A stretch of DNA of 64,000 nt from Paraspadella gotoi (Eukaryota > Animalia > Chaetognatha), in assembly GCA_051294375.1 (NCBI GenBank), contig CM119269.1, forward strand, positions 4,621,098 through 4,685,097, in the 5' to 3' direction. This document shows positions 1-12,041 of this stretch, piece after piece. A model generated the notes under the pieces. The model searched no databases, was not told the origin of the DNA, and saw only the letters and a list, made by a program, of their open reading frames with translations. Every line of letters begins with the position of its first letter. Position 1 is the stretch's first letter. The translations under genes and the position numbers were made by a program.

Positions 1-1085
1 CATCTTCCACCTGGAAACTTCGGTGCCACTGGAATCGAAGGAGACAACAAATACCCGATGGAACCGGCGGTAGTGACGATGGGCGATGGGAGCAGTTGGA
101 TTTGAACCTGAAGTCGATGAGGTATACGAAAAATAACATACGAACAATAAATAATGTAAAAATATACTACCAATGAGATAATCGTGCCACTGCTGCCACG
201 CCCACCTGCGTCGGCGTCTTCGGCGTCCTTCCCCCCGTCGGAGTCGCCGCCGTCGGCGTCATGATCGGCGAGGCGGTTGACGAGGCTGCGGCGGAAACAG
301 CGAAAGCGGCGCTGACGTGTATCTTTGCGGATGCAGCGGCGGCGGCGGTGGAAGATGTTTTGACGACTGGTTGGAGGTCGAGCTTTAGATTTTTTCTTTG
401 CTCCACCTGACGTTCACTTAGGACTGAAAAATCCATAAAAATTAATTGTGTTTTTAATATTTATGATCAAAATGTTTGAAGTATCAAAAACGCCTCGAAA
501 AGGTTAGAAGTTAGTTTATTTTATATTAAATGCTTCCTTTAAATAGTTTGGCTTACTGTCTGACAAGTACTGTGGTTAAAGTTAATTTTATGGTGTCATT
601 ATGGTGTCTCATTGATTTGCGTGTTTTTTTTTCAGTTATCGTCAATTCTGTCATTATTCTGTCATTTTATTACGTTTATATAATTTATACATAAATAACA
701 AAATTTCTTCACCTTTAAACTTGTGGCTGACGAGCCGGCCCGCCCCCCGCTTGCCCTTCGCCTCTTGGCCGGAAGACGAAGTCGACGTCACCGGGATTTC
801 CGGCAAAGATGAAGCGCTGGCGCCGGATTCGCCGGGACCGGGAAAGCCGGTGGGGAGGGAAGAAGAGAAGGAGGGAACGGAGGAAGAGGGGGAGCCGGAG
901 GAGGAGGGGGAAGAGGAGGAAGGAAGAGGAGAAGGAAGAGAAGGAAACGAAGGAAAACGAGTAGGAAGAGGAAGAGGACGAGAAGCGAAGGGGGAGAGGA
1001 GCTTCGGTCAATGTCTTGACGAAGAATCGGAGTCTCGAGTTCCAGGGATCGAGAAGGTGAATGATTCGCTCGGTGAGGGAGGATC
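1..1085 (-). CDS. shn: Probable Schnurri Ser/Pro-rich exons, block A0 (713-1085, 206-423, 1-107; continues off window)
   Basis: GT-AG exons with matching phases: ...HKFK|VLSERQVEQRKNLKLDL...PKTPTQ|VQIQLLPSP. Exon 713-1085 needs either an in-frame TGA at 1008-1010 or a 1-nt homopolymer correction near 990. Assigned to shn by adjacency, not by motif. Confidence 0.55.
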
Positions 1086-1120
1086 CTGGAGAGAGGAGAG
1101 AGAGAGAAGAGAGAGAAGAG

Positions 1121-1179
<59 letters not shown>

Positions 1180-1181
1180 GA

Positions 1182-3473
1182 CACAGATGAAAAATGGGCG
1201 TTAACGTTACTGTTCCGTGCATAAAAAAAGATTCACTGTTCAATATTATTATATTTTTTTAAATTTTTTGAAACGATATAGTTTTCATATGTCGATATCC
1301 AAAATATCATGGCAAAATCTTTTTTTTGTTTTTTAGATATGACGAAATAGTAGGTTGAAGATGATATTTTTTTAAAAAAGTTACATATTTTCCATAATTT
1401 ATCTAGAATTGTAATATAGAAAAAAATTTTAAAAAAATATAGTACCATAGTTGGTAATTATGGTTCATAATAAATGGAAAAAAACTCATTTTAAGAAATT
1501 TGATCGGGGAAGTGGGGTAACTAAGGCTTACCAATGGATCCTCCACGCCGATTGTTCTCTTAAAATAATTTTTTTTTATTTAATACATTTGAAAAGGGAA
1601 TAAAAAAGAAAATTCAGAATTCAGGTTGTATAAGGGTACAGATAATCTAGACTTACTGACATGAAAACCATGACCTTTTATATCTTGTGAAATGGGGCGT
1701 AAAGATATCTAAAATTGATCAATTAAGCTCAGTCAATGAAACCCTTTCTAATGGGCTATTACGAGAAATATTTTTTCTTAATTAAAATGGATGATAAATA
1801 ATAGAATTAAATTCCTTGCTATATTAAAAAGAAATTATCAAAATACATTTAACACAATGATGGTTTTTGTTTGTCAAATTATATTGGCCAGCTATATATA
1901 TTTTTAAAACTTTATTATGATAACAAGCAGTTGTGTCAAGCTTTTTTAGTTTGCAGTTAAGTAATAAAAATGACAAAGATTTTTTTTTCAAGACAGAAGG
2001 TAGAATGTCGCAGACTGTTTTATATCAAGCGAAAACATTTTTGTATTTATCATTTTTGATATTAAAAAAACATTTAATCAAGCTACAACTATAAATTTTT
2101 TGCTTGTTTTTTACTTTAACCTTAAAAATATAAGCAGTTTTTAATGGAATTAAAGAAAAATTTTAATAATAATCAAATGTATTCAGTCTTCCTTTTTTCA
2201 ATTACAAAAAGAAAAAATAAAAATTTCATATGCCTTCATTAAATTTTTAAAGCAAGAAAACTGTTATACTTTTAACTCTGATTTAAACAAAAGCTGTGTA
2301 TAGATTTATGGATTTTAATTTAATAAAACTTTTTTAGAAAGGTGTCCCATGATTAGGGCTTTTAATTTGATAACAACATCCCATCTTGCTAGCTCTTTTC
2401 TTTCAAAAAGTCTTTTAAGAAAAATAACTTTTTCAAAACATACGCAGGTACAAATCTTTGTTAAAATAAAAATTTCGACAAAGCGGGGTATCTCACTTAT
2501 TTTATTGATACAAATACTTAAATTTAAATAAAACTTGAAGAAAATTTTTTGTCATTGGAGAACATATCACTTTCAGATGTACCCATCGTATAATAATTTT
2601 TTATTTATTTTCCCCGAAAAAAAATCCTAATTAAAAAAAAAGGTTGAAAATTATTTTTAAAAAATTGTTTGAAAAAAAATTTCCTCCGACCATATGCCAT
2701 TGAGAATCAAATGGTTTTGCATAGAAAATCAAATTATCAAAATAAAAAAAAATGCAGCCTCTAAAAAAATCGAAAAGGCTAGAGGCTGATTTTTTTAGAA
2801 TTTGCAAAATTTTTTCCTGAACTCGAATCCATTATTCTCAAGTTTCAAAAATAATTTTTTTTCCCAAAATCATTCAATCAATTTTTTATAATTTAAAATG
2901 TTTTTATGATGTTGTTTTTGTTTTGAAAGATTTGAAAAAAAGTGAAAAATAATAGTAATTTATATAACGTTTTTGGAAAATACCTTCTAAAATATTAGAT
3001 AATTTAGAACACAGGGGAGTAGCAGAGAAAACTTCCCATTCATAAAAAAATTGAAAAACGAATTTGTCATATTGTTATTTAGATTAAATTGACTAATTAA
3101 AACATATGATTTCATATAAATTGAAAGGAAATGATGGGTAAAAAATATTCATCTTGGTCCTCGGTTTAACTATTAGTTAATCGTTAAGTTTGTTTTAATA
3201 ATATTTAATATTTTTTTTTTGCATTTATAAAGCAATGGTCTAAAATTTATGTAAGCGTTTTCGGGAGCTATAATTGCTTCATGCTTTTTTTACTATTTTT
3301 GATCTTAGTTAGCTTTTTTGTTGATGTCAAGGGTTATGGTCAAGAAACAGTAAATGTCCAGTAGTGTAATATCGCACATATTACCAAGTAATAATCAATT
3401 ATTTTGGCTTCAGAAACAATTTTAAGGGACAAATCAGACGAGCCGTAACGCCAACGTTTATTTTTTCATTGTG
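1182..3473. mobile_element. Putative decayed or non-autonomous DNA transposon with imperfect ~40-bp CAC-initiated terminal inverted repeats
   Basis: Left CACAGATGAAAAATGGGCGTTAACGTTACTGTTCCGT versus reverse complement of the right end CACAATGAAAAAATAAACGTTGGCGTTACGGCTCGT. Interior is very AT-rich with no intact ORF. No clear TSD. Confidence 0.4.
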
Positions 3474-3496
3474 CATATAAAGAGACGCACACACAC

Positions 3497-4365
3497 CTTT
3501 CTATTTCTCGGAAATGAGTCGTAGAGAGAGAGAAGTTTCTTAGTTTCGATTCCCATCGGATTTGTGTTCGAAGACGCGAGTCGCCAGTTGGAATACATCG
3601 AGATTTTGTAATTGGATCCTGATGAGAGATGAATTATTGATGTTGCTATTGATGGAGTGAGTAGCTCGAAATGGTTTTTAATTTTCTGGCTCCTTTAAAC
3701 TCACCCTAAAAGAAATCCCGAACAGACCAACGACGAAGACGCGACCCATCACGTGACTTACCCTGGTGGGCGTACATCGGTTGCGTCCGCAGCACCGAGC
3801 AAAAGGTGGTGTGGGTGGGCGAGCGAAGGGTTGGGTATGAGTGGCCGCAGTAGAGCAGAAGAGCGCGGGCGCGTTTCTCCAGCGTCTGAGTCGATATATT
3901 TTGGCGGGAAAAATTAAGAGTAAACTTGAATCGTGAATCGAATGGGTGAGAGTTTGTTCCAGAAGACTCACACCGGCAGGTTTCGATAATAATAATAGTT
4001 AATAGTTAATAGTTAATAGTTAATCGATCCTCACCTTCATCATTTCCGGTCGGGTCAGGAAAGAATCGACGCCGCCGAGGAGAGAAGAAAATGGCGCCTG
4101 ACATGACGTCATCGCCGAAGAAATCAGCGAGGTTGACGTCATCGTTGACGTCGAAGATGAAAAAGATGACGACGACGACAACGACGACGACGACCACGGC
4201 AGAGCCAAATCGATCGAGGAAGTTGGCGTTCGTATTTTATCAGTGATTCTGTGAATAAAAAACAAAAACAATGAAGCGGAAAACAACAGTCGAAACGACG
4301 GCATCATCGACGGGTCACCTTTCCGTCGTTGTTTTTCTGTCGTCGTCGTCGTCGTCGTCGTCGTC
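3497..4365 (-). CDS. shn: Schnurri conserved inter-finger region, block A1 (exons 4319-4365, 4035-4248, 3762-3885, 3497-3618)
   Basis: Spliced translation LLLYCGHSYPTLRSPTHTTFCSVLRTQPMYAHQG-SNYKISMYSNWRLASSNTNPMGIETKKLLSLYDS matches the Shn/HIVEP 'QPMY...SMYSNW...LSLYDS' motif that precedes the second finger pair. Phases are consistent. Confidence 0.85.
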
Positions 4366-4578
4366 NNNNNNNNNNNNNNNNNNNNNNNNNNNNNNNNNNN
4401 NNNNNNNNNNNNNNNNNNNNNNNNNNNNNNNNNNNNNNNNNNNNNNNNNNNNNNNNNNNNNNNNNNNNNNNNNNNNNNNNNNNNNNNNNNNNNNNNNNNN
4501 NNNNNNNNNNNNNNNNNNNNNNNNNNNNNNNNNNNNNNNNNNNNNNNNNNNNNNNNNNNNNNNNNNNNNNNNNNNNNN

Positions 4579-5877
4579 GTTTGACTTGAATCCGCCCGCG
4601 AAAACTGAGACGCGCACTGGAGATTTTTTCCCCAAATCTAAAGAAAACAAAATGACATCCTGGATAAAGTCTTGAAAACTAAAGTCAAAACATACAAAAA
4701 AACAGTCAAAATATACCTAAAAATCTAAATTAAAAGAAAACTTCTGCTCACTCAAATCTTGAAAACAAAAGGAAAACATCATCTTAAGCAAAAACTCGAA
4801 AACGAAACATCAGTCGTAACTAAATTTTTCAAAACAAAACAGCATCCTAACCTAAATCATTGAAACAAAACATCATCCTTAACTGAATCTTGAAAAGAAA
4901 ACATTAAATCCTGACCCGATTCATCTTCAGCTCCGACGAGGACGCGGGGAAGACGAGGCGAGAGAATCTCCCCTTCGCCAGACTCGTCTTCGGCCGCCGG
5001 TTGTGGCAACGAAGATGGCGTCGATGGCATCGTCGATGGCATCGTTGATGGCATTGCCAGGAGTATCGACGATGGTGTTGATGGCGACGAGAGTGGCAAA
5101 GACAAGGAAGATGTATGTTCTATGCATGACTGTTGTGGCGTTTTAATTGGCAAAGTTGTGGTCGACGGAGATGGCAGCGGAGAGGACAATGGCGTCGGAA
5201 GTGGTAATTTTGACGGCGTTTCGATGGCAAACGACGATGAAGTTAGTGGCGATGCTAGTGGCAACGTCGGCGGTGTTGCTTGGGGCAAAGAAGTTTGCTT
5301 CAACATCGACGGCGTCGTTGGCGTCGGCAGAGACTTAGTTGGCGGCGCCGGTGCTGCGTCGGCGTCGCTGTCGACGTGATCGACGCCAGCGTCCATCGAT
5401 GCCGAGGTCTTCGTGGTTGTTTGAATCGTCGACAAAGTTTCCATGACAACGAAGTCTGTTTTGGAATCCGCGAGTTGCGTCGCGGGGAAAAGAGAATTCG
5501 TCGTTGTCGTTGTCGTTGTCGTCGTCGTCGTCGTCGTCGTCGAACTCAGGGTTGTCTTATCGAATAAAAATTTTCCATCGAAATCTAATACGTCAAATGT
5601 CGTCGTCGTCGTCGTCGTCGTCTTTCCATTTTCTTTTCTTTCTTTTTCCAACGCCTTAAAAAAAAAAAGAAACTCACGTCAAAATGATTGCAATGACGAC
5701 AAATATTCTGAGCAGCAAAAGTCAAATCCTCGCCTTCCATCTGTCGGAATGAGTGAGGATGTCGTCGTCCGTACGTCCGGCCGCGCCTGGCATCGCCTCC
5801 CATCCCGGCATCTGTCGCCACCCGGGAGGAAGCGAGTTCCGCGGTGCCGGATTTCAAGGCTTCAAGACGTAAAGATC
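4579..5877 (-). CDS. shn: Schnurri block A2 (exons ~5734-5877, 4916-5654, 4579-4637 cut by N gap)
   Basis: ILTHSDRWK motif, then a long Thr/Ser/Pro exon, then DLGKKSPVRVSVFAGGFKSN, the motif immediately before Shn/HIVEP finger 4. The first exon is noisy (TGA at 5854-5856) and needs a GC donor. Confidence 0.8.
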
Positions 5878-5889
5878 CTACACCCTATG

Positions 5890-6780
5890 TGCCGCGTCGG
5901 AAGGGGGCGTTGGAAAGTAAGAGAGAGTAGTTCGATGAGACAGAGACTCGAAGAGAGAGAGAGGCATGAGAGAGACGAGGAGAGAGATTGAAATGAGCAG
6001 AGGAGGCAGGAGAAAAGGACGACGCACGACGAGACGAGACGAGAGGAGGAGGGAGGGGAGGCCGCAGGAGGAGAATGAGAGAGAGAGGGAGAAGGCACGA
6101 GAGATCGAGAGAGGGGAAGAGAGAGAAGAGAGAGAGGAGAGAGAGAGCGGCGTGAGAAAGTAAGGCGCATTTGATGATGGTGGGAGGACGAGAGCGCAGA
6201 GAGAGGTGAGGAGAGAGGAGAGAGGAGGCAGAGAGAGAAGAGAGAGAGAGAAGGAGGGTGCGTGGGAAATAAAGGCGCAATGTGTAAACATGAGATCGAG
6301 AGGAAGAGAAGAGAGAGAGAGAGAGGAGAGGAGAGCAGGAGGAGCAGAGAGAGGAGCGTAGAGGAGGGACGGCGAGAGAGAATTGCTGAGAGGGAGGAGG
6401 TAGAAGAGAGAGAGCAGAGACGATTAGAGAAGGGGGAGGCGACGTGGAAAGTTAACGGCCGTTGGAAAGTAAGGCGCATGACATTGTATCGGAGAGGGAG
6501 ACAGAGAGGAGACGAAGAGATGGAGAAGACGAGGGCGAGCGAAGAAGAGATGAGAGATGAGAGACAGAGAGGAGATGAGAGATGAGAGGAGAAGAGGGCG
6601 TGGAAAGCTAAGGCGCATGTGAGAGGAAGGCGTGGGAGAGAAGCAGAGAGAGAGACGAAGAGAGCAGAGGAGAGAGAGCAGAGGAGGATAGTAAATGAGC
6701 GAGAGGAGAGAGGAGAGATGAGGAGAAGAGGAGAGAGAGAGAATGGCTGGCGTGGAAAGTAAAGGCGCATTGTGAGCAGT
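5890..6780. repeat. Degenerate satellite: GCGTGGAAAGTAAGGCGCATG core separated by GA-rich spacers
   Basis: Core recurs near 5907, 6150, 6260, 6460, 6598 and 6750 with indel-type variation. Confidence 0.6.
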
Positions 6781-7580
6781 ATAATATATAATAAATATGA
6801 TATATATATCATATATAGCTATGCGAAGAGAAGAGATGAGAGAAGAGAGAGAGAAGCAGACGAGACGAGAGATAATGTATAGTATATGACGAGAAGTGTT
6901 GCTATGGTAAATTCTAGTCTGATGTTTAGTCCTTGACACAGGTATGCTATACGAAGTATAATTTTTTTTTGTTCTCAGAACTGGAATGGAAATACCGTTT
7001 ACACTCAGAATAGTAAATAAGGGCAACGTAATGCTCAGAAATCGCCATAGAAATCTCACGCACGATTAATTTTCTAACAACTCACATCGTACTTATAGCG
7101 ATCTCCTTGCTATACCATATAATCGTGCATAATTACTGACTACCTCCTCTTTTAGATCTATTAAACCAAGCTTAATGGTGGAGAACTGATCTTCTATAAA
7201 AGGAAAAGACATCTATGTTAAGCTAACATCTTAATCTATTCTGACCTGCCTATCTCCTGCAGACCGCTCCCTATATCAACCACTATCTCTGAATATAAGT
7301 TCTCCGATCTGGCCTTACACATCCTAATCTCTCTAAGTGAAGAATTCTCTTCCCCTTCCGCCCATATAATCCTGCGTCCTACTCTCGTCCTCGCGGGCCC
7401 CCTCTCATATGAGCATCATCTGCCCCCTTCGCTCATTCATGATCTCCAATCCCCCAATATCGAAGCCAGTGGTAACTGAACTCCTCCCTCTTACGCACAA
7501 TCCTGACTGAATGCGCCCTTTCCGCCATTTTACTGATTCCCTTCCGTCGCCCAGTCCCATACTCTCCACTCCATACTCGC

Positions 7581-8700
7581 AGGCACAACTGACGACAGAC
7601 ACATGAACATACCTCACATGCTCCCATCTTCTCGCCCGCTGCCACGAGTTTGGGATCGCACGCCTACGACATAGCGACAGCTAGAGCGAAAGACGTGGAA
7701 CGAATCTCGGAACAGCTCCGGCGCAGCCGCTGCTCTTGCTGGAAACTCTAAACGAAATCGGACTCTCTTAGGTCTTTGTATATAGGGCCCCCGATATGAG
7801 AGAGCGATCCGGGCGCGAGCTGAGGACAGGAGTGAGAGCAAGTAGAGAGCGACGAGGAAGGAGGAGACGACCGAACGATGAGATGAAAGACGTGTGTGTC
7901 GTGTGCTGTTTCTTTCCCGTGCGGGATTGATCGTTAAGATATAATAGAGATGGATGAGGATATATTATTATGTTCGTAATTAATTTCAATGAAGGTATTT
8001 GAAAGTCACCGAAGCCGGGGGGCGTATCGCAAGATGTGAGTGAGTTATGTCGATAAAGATTTATTTTCAGTTTAAAACTTTTTTTATGACCACCTTTTTC
8101 TTTCTAGTGTTATGCAAATTTATTTACGTATACTTTATTTATTTTGTTAATTTTCATTATTTTCTTTTTATTATCATCTAATACGTCTTACTATTAACTC
8201 ATTTTTTCTATTTTTAGTATTATGAGTTCTTCGAATTTCATTTTTCATTTTTTATTATCATATGCTCATTTTTCCTGAATATTTTCATTGATTTTTAACG
8301 GCCCGCTTCTGCCGTTTTCGTCACGCGGAAAGGAGAAGAAACTCCGAGGAAAACATTAGATAGCATCAGTAAATCTTTAACGATTGAGTACTCGAGAATA
8401 ATCTTTCACCTCTCTGATACATATCTTCAGCGCAGCGAGATTAGCAACTCGCACAACAACGAGCTCGGAGTACGATAGACGACGTTGGAGCGACGAAGAA
8501 GACGTGTGAGGAAGGCGAAGGGAGTGCGAAATAATAAAGAAAACTCCGAAAGCAGAACATGCGAATGGTAGAAAAGAGTCTAAACCTCTGACAGGATGCG
8601 AATGGAAGAAGTGAAGGTAAGATCAAATGAAAGAGCCCGTATTGGAAAGGCTGAAAGGCATTCCGGAGGATAGGATAAGAGAAAAAGAAAAGAAAGAAAT
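7581..8700 (+). other. Insertion-rich inverted copy of 10376-11200, probably raw long-read gap fill
   Basis: Collinear with the reverse complement of 10376-11200 through exons and introns (e.g. CCGCTGCCACGAGTTTGGGATCG, TTTTCAGTTTAAAAC, TCTGCCGTTTTCGTCACG, AAAGGCATTCCGG), but about 35% longer. Confidence 0.85.
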
Positions 8701-9999
8701 ACAACAATAGACGATTAAGAAGGAGAAAGGAAGAATGGCATGTATCGTAGGTACAAGAAGTGGAATCAAGAAAAAGGATACAAATGAGGCGAGAAAAGAA
8801 TAGTGATTGAAAGAGAGCGAGAAAGAATAGAAGATGACGACGAGAGATATTTTAGAAAATAAACGGTGGAAGAAAGAAAGAGTCCTAGGATCTGTCAAGA
8901 ATAGCGACATGATTCACGAGCGGAATAGAACAGAATCGAAGGAAGATATGTGAGCGGAGTATTCTCCTTAGATCTACGACGAGCTTCTCTTCGGCCAGTC
9001 TCTCCTCCTTAACACTCTCTCGTTGTCCGTCTACTTATGGCTCGGAAATGCGTTGTTTCTCTATGGGATTCGAGATCCTCGCGATTCTCGCTTTGTTGCG
9101 CCGCCTGAGAAATAATCTTGGTCGTCACCTCCTCTCCTCTGCGAATGTTTGCTTTTGTCTTTGTGCTCCGCTGCATTCGCGGGGCTTTATACTCAGGAAG
9201 TGAGCCAACGCCGAGAATTCCTTGTGTTGTAGTGACACCCCTTTGTATGACTTTGTCAAGAGAAAAAAAGTCGGATGAGACTTCATCAGAATTGAAGTGA
9301 GTCGACGGCGTGAAGAGATGAGAGAGAGATAGTTTTTGTTTGCGCGAGTGATGAGAGAAGCCGACGGCACAATAACCGTCCGCTCTCAACGTGATTTTGG
9401 TGCCGGGGTGCAACTATATCGTCTAAGTAAATACGCCAGAAGCTTAAAAGTCTGAAAGAAGGCATAAATACGTAGTTGTAAGATTTGAGTTCAAAGACAG
9501 GCGCGATTATTAGAAACTTTGAGAGAGTAGAAAACAAAAAATCGGGTATTTCTAAGTATTGCCTATTTAGATCTGTAATTATATTATATCAGACTTTGTG
9601 CGCGCATATGTGGCGGTGCGTACAAAAATAAAAATGAACAGTATATTAGATGGAAAAATACAAAATTCTGTGTGTCGACCGATGTTTGTTTCTTTCTAAT
9701 GAAATCGATACATGAATTTCTAATTGAATAAAACATCCCTTGAGATATGACAATACGGAATCTTGGCGTCTCCGTTCCTTACAGTGCCACGACCGTCGCG
9801 CCATCGTTAATTTGCTCCTCGGCACATCTCGTCTCGCGTTTGCTTGTCCTGATATGTCGTTCTCGTTACCCTCGTCTGTGTATGTGTGATCTACTCTCTT
9901 CTCATTCTCTTNNNNNNNNNNNNNNNNNNNNNNNNNGAATGGGGAAGGGGAGCGGAGATCGGAGAGGCGAATAATGAAGAGAACTTACTTAATACTCAC

Positions 10000-10124
10000 C
10001 TTTAGTCTTAAAAGAGAAGGCGCAGTATTTGCAATGGTAAGGACGCAAGTCAGTATGGGTTCGAATGTGTTTTTTCAGCATCGATGGCTTTTTGCATCTG
10101 ATTCCACACTCTTCGCACACATAC
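10000..10124 (-). CDS. shn: Schnurri finger 4 and first half of finger 5, block B1
   Basis: CAG|[43 protein letters not shown]|GTGAGT, the hallmark HIVEP/Shn ZAS finger pair. Not present in the supplied ORF track. Confidence 0.95.
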
Positions 10125-10517
10125 CTGTGTTGGGGTTAAAAACGCTAGAAATTTCTAGCACACACANNNNNNNNNNNNNNNNNNNNNNNNNNNNNNNNNN
10201 NNNNNNNNNNNNNNNNNNNNNNNNNNNNNNNNNNNNNNNNNNNNNNNNNNNNNNNNNNNNNNNNNNNNNNNNNNNNNNNNNNNNNNNNNNNNNNNNNNNN
10301 NNNNNNNNNNNNNNNNNNNNNNNNNNNNNNNNNNNNNNNNNNNNNNNNNNNNNNNNNNNNNNNNNNNNNNNNNNNTTTTTTTCTTTTTTCTTTTTCTCTT
10401 TCTCCCGGAATGCCTTTACTTTCAAGTCTTTATTTGATACCTTTTTCCTCGCATCTTAGTTTATCTTTCCTCCCTTCGCCTTCTTCTCAATTTCTTTTTC
10501 CTCCCTTCCTTCCTCAC

Positions 10518-11199
10518 CGTCTTCTTCGTCTTCCTCGTCGTCGTCTTCGTCCTCCGAGTCGTTGTTGTCGTCCTCATCCTCCTGAGTTGAGGAAGTTAAA
10601 GATTATTGAGATTAATGTTAAAGATTATTGAGATTAATGTTTTCCTGGATTTCTTTCCTTTCGTGACGAAAACGGCAGACGCGTTAAAAAATGAAATAGG
10701 AAAAATGAATATGAAAAAAAATGAAATGAAATTGAAAACTATAATACTAAAATAAAAAAAAATGAGATATAGTAAAACGTAAATTAGATGTAATAAAAAG
10801 AAAATAATGAAAATAAAAAAATAAAATAAAATATAAATAAATTTCAAAATAGAAAAAAAAAGTTGTCATAAAAAAAGTTTAAACTGAAAAATTTACGACA
10901 TAACTACTACATTTGCGAATTCGTGACTTTCAATAATCCATTGAATTAATATAACATAATAATATAATCCATTATTAATATCAATATCAATCCCAGGGGA
11001 AGAACAACAACGACAACTACCTCTTCATCCTCCTCGTCCTCTTCCTCCTCCGCCCGACGCGTCGCCAGATCGATGGCCTTTTGTTTCCGCAGCGCCTCCG
11101 CGTCGATCTCCACGTCTTCCAGCGTCGCAGCGGCGTCGATCCCCAACTCGTGGCAGCGGCGGAAGTGGGACTTGGATTTCATGTGCTTCGTCAAGTTGC
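10518..11199 (-). CDS. shn: Schnurri second half of finger 5 plus acidic region, block B2 (exons 11021-11199, 10518-10581)
   Basis: GNLTKHMKSKSHFRRCHELGID...EEDEEDEE|EDEDDNNDSEDEDDDEEDEED; canonical splice sites. Confidence 0.92.
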
Positions 11200-11975
11200 C
11201 TGAGGAGGAGGGGNNNNNNNNNNNNNNNNNNNNNNNNNNNNNNNNNNNNNNNNNNNNNNNNNNNNNNNNNNNNNNNNNNNNNNNNNNNNNNNNNNNNNNN
11301 NNNNNNNNNNNNNNNNNNNNNNNNNNNNNNNNNNNNNNNNNNNNNNNNNNNNNNNNNNNNNNNNNNNNNNNNNNNNNNNNNNNNNNNNNNNNNNNNNNNN
11401 NNNNNNNNNNNNNNNNNNNNNNNNNNNNNNNNNNNNNNNNNNNNNNNNNNNNNNNNNNNNNNNNNNNNNNNNNNNNNNNNAGAGACAATTGATGATGATT
11501 AAAGAGGCCGTGGAGAGCCAAAGAGAAGAGAAGTAGAGAACAGAAAAGAGAAAAAAAGAAAAGAAAAGAAAAGAAAAGAGAAAGGAAGAAAAGAAAAGAT
11601 TAAATTAGATAAAGATTAGAAAAGAAAAAAGAGAAAAAATAAAGAGAAGAGAAAAAAAGAGACGAGAAAAGAGAAGGAAGAAGTCGCAACGAAATCAAAG
11701 ATGACTAATCTTACGACAACAACAACAACAACAACAACAACGTCGATTGCAACAAATTACGCTGACCTCGACTTGAGAAGAGGCAGTCTTTTTCTAGGAT
11801 TTATGTTACAAGTAGAAAAGTTTTTCTCTCGTTTATTTTGAGAACCAAGATCCAAGTCTGAGGATAAATATTACAGTTATACTTAGAATTACGCCCAAAA
11901 ACCTCGAACTTTCACTCTAGTAGTTTCGACTTAAGCTTCTCGTATTTTCTAGACTCGTTTGACCCGAAAACCGTT

Positions 11976-12041
<66 letters not shown>

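Noticed and set aside
721-1224. Plus-strand ORFs overlapping exons (also 5443, 31505, 48356, 62193)
   Set aside because: Antisense shadows of GC-rich minus-strand coding exons.
5655-5677. 23-nt GT-AG micro-intron
   Set aside because: It uses a frame lacking the LTHS motif; a 79-nt GC-AG intron fits better and other introns here are about 70 nt or longer.
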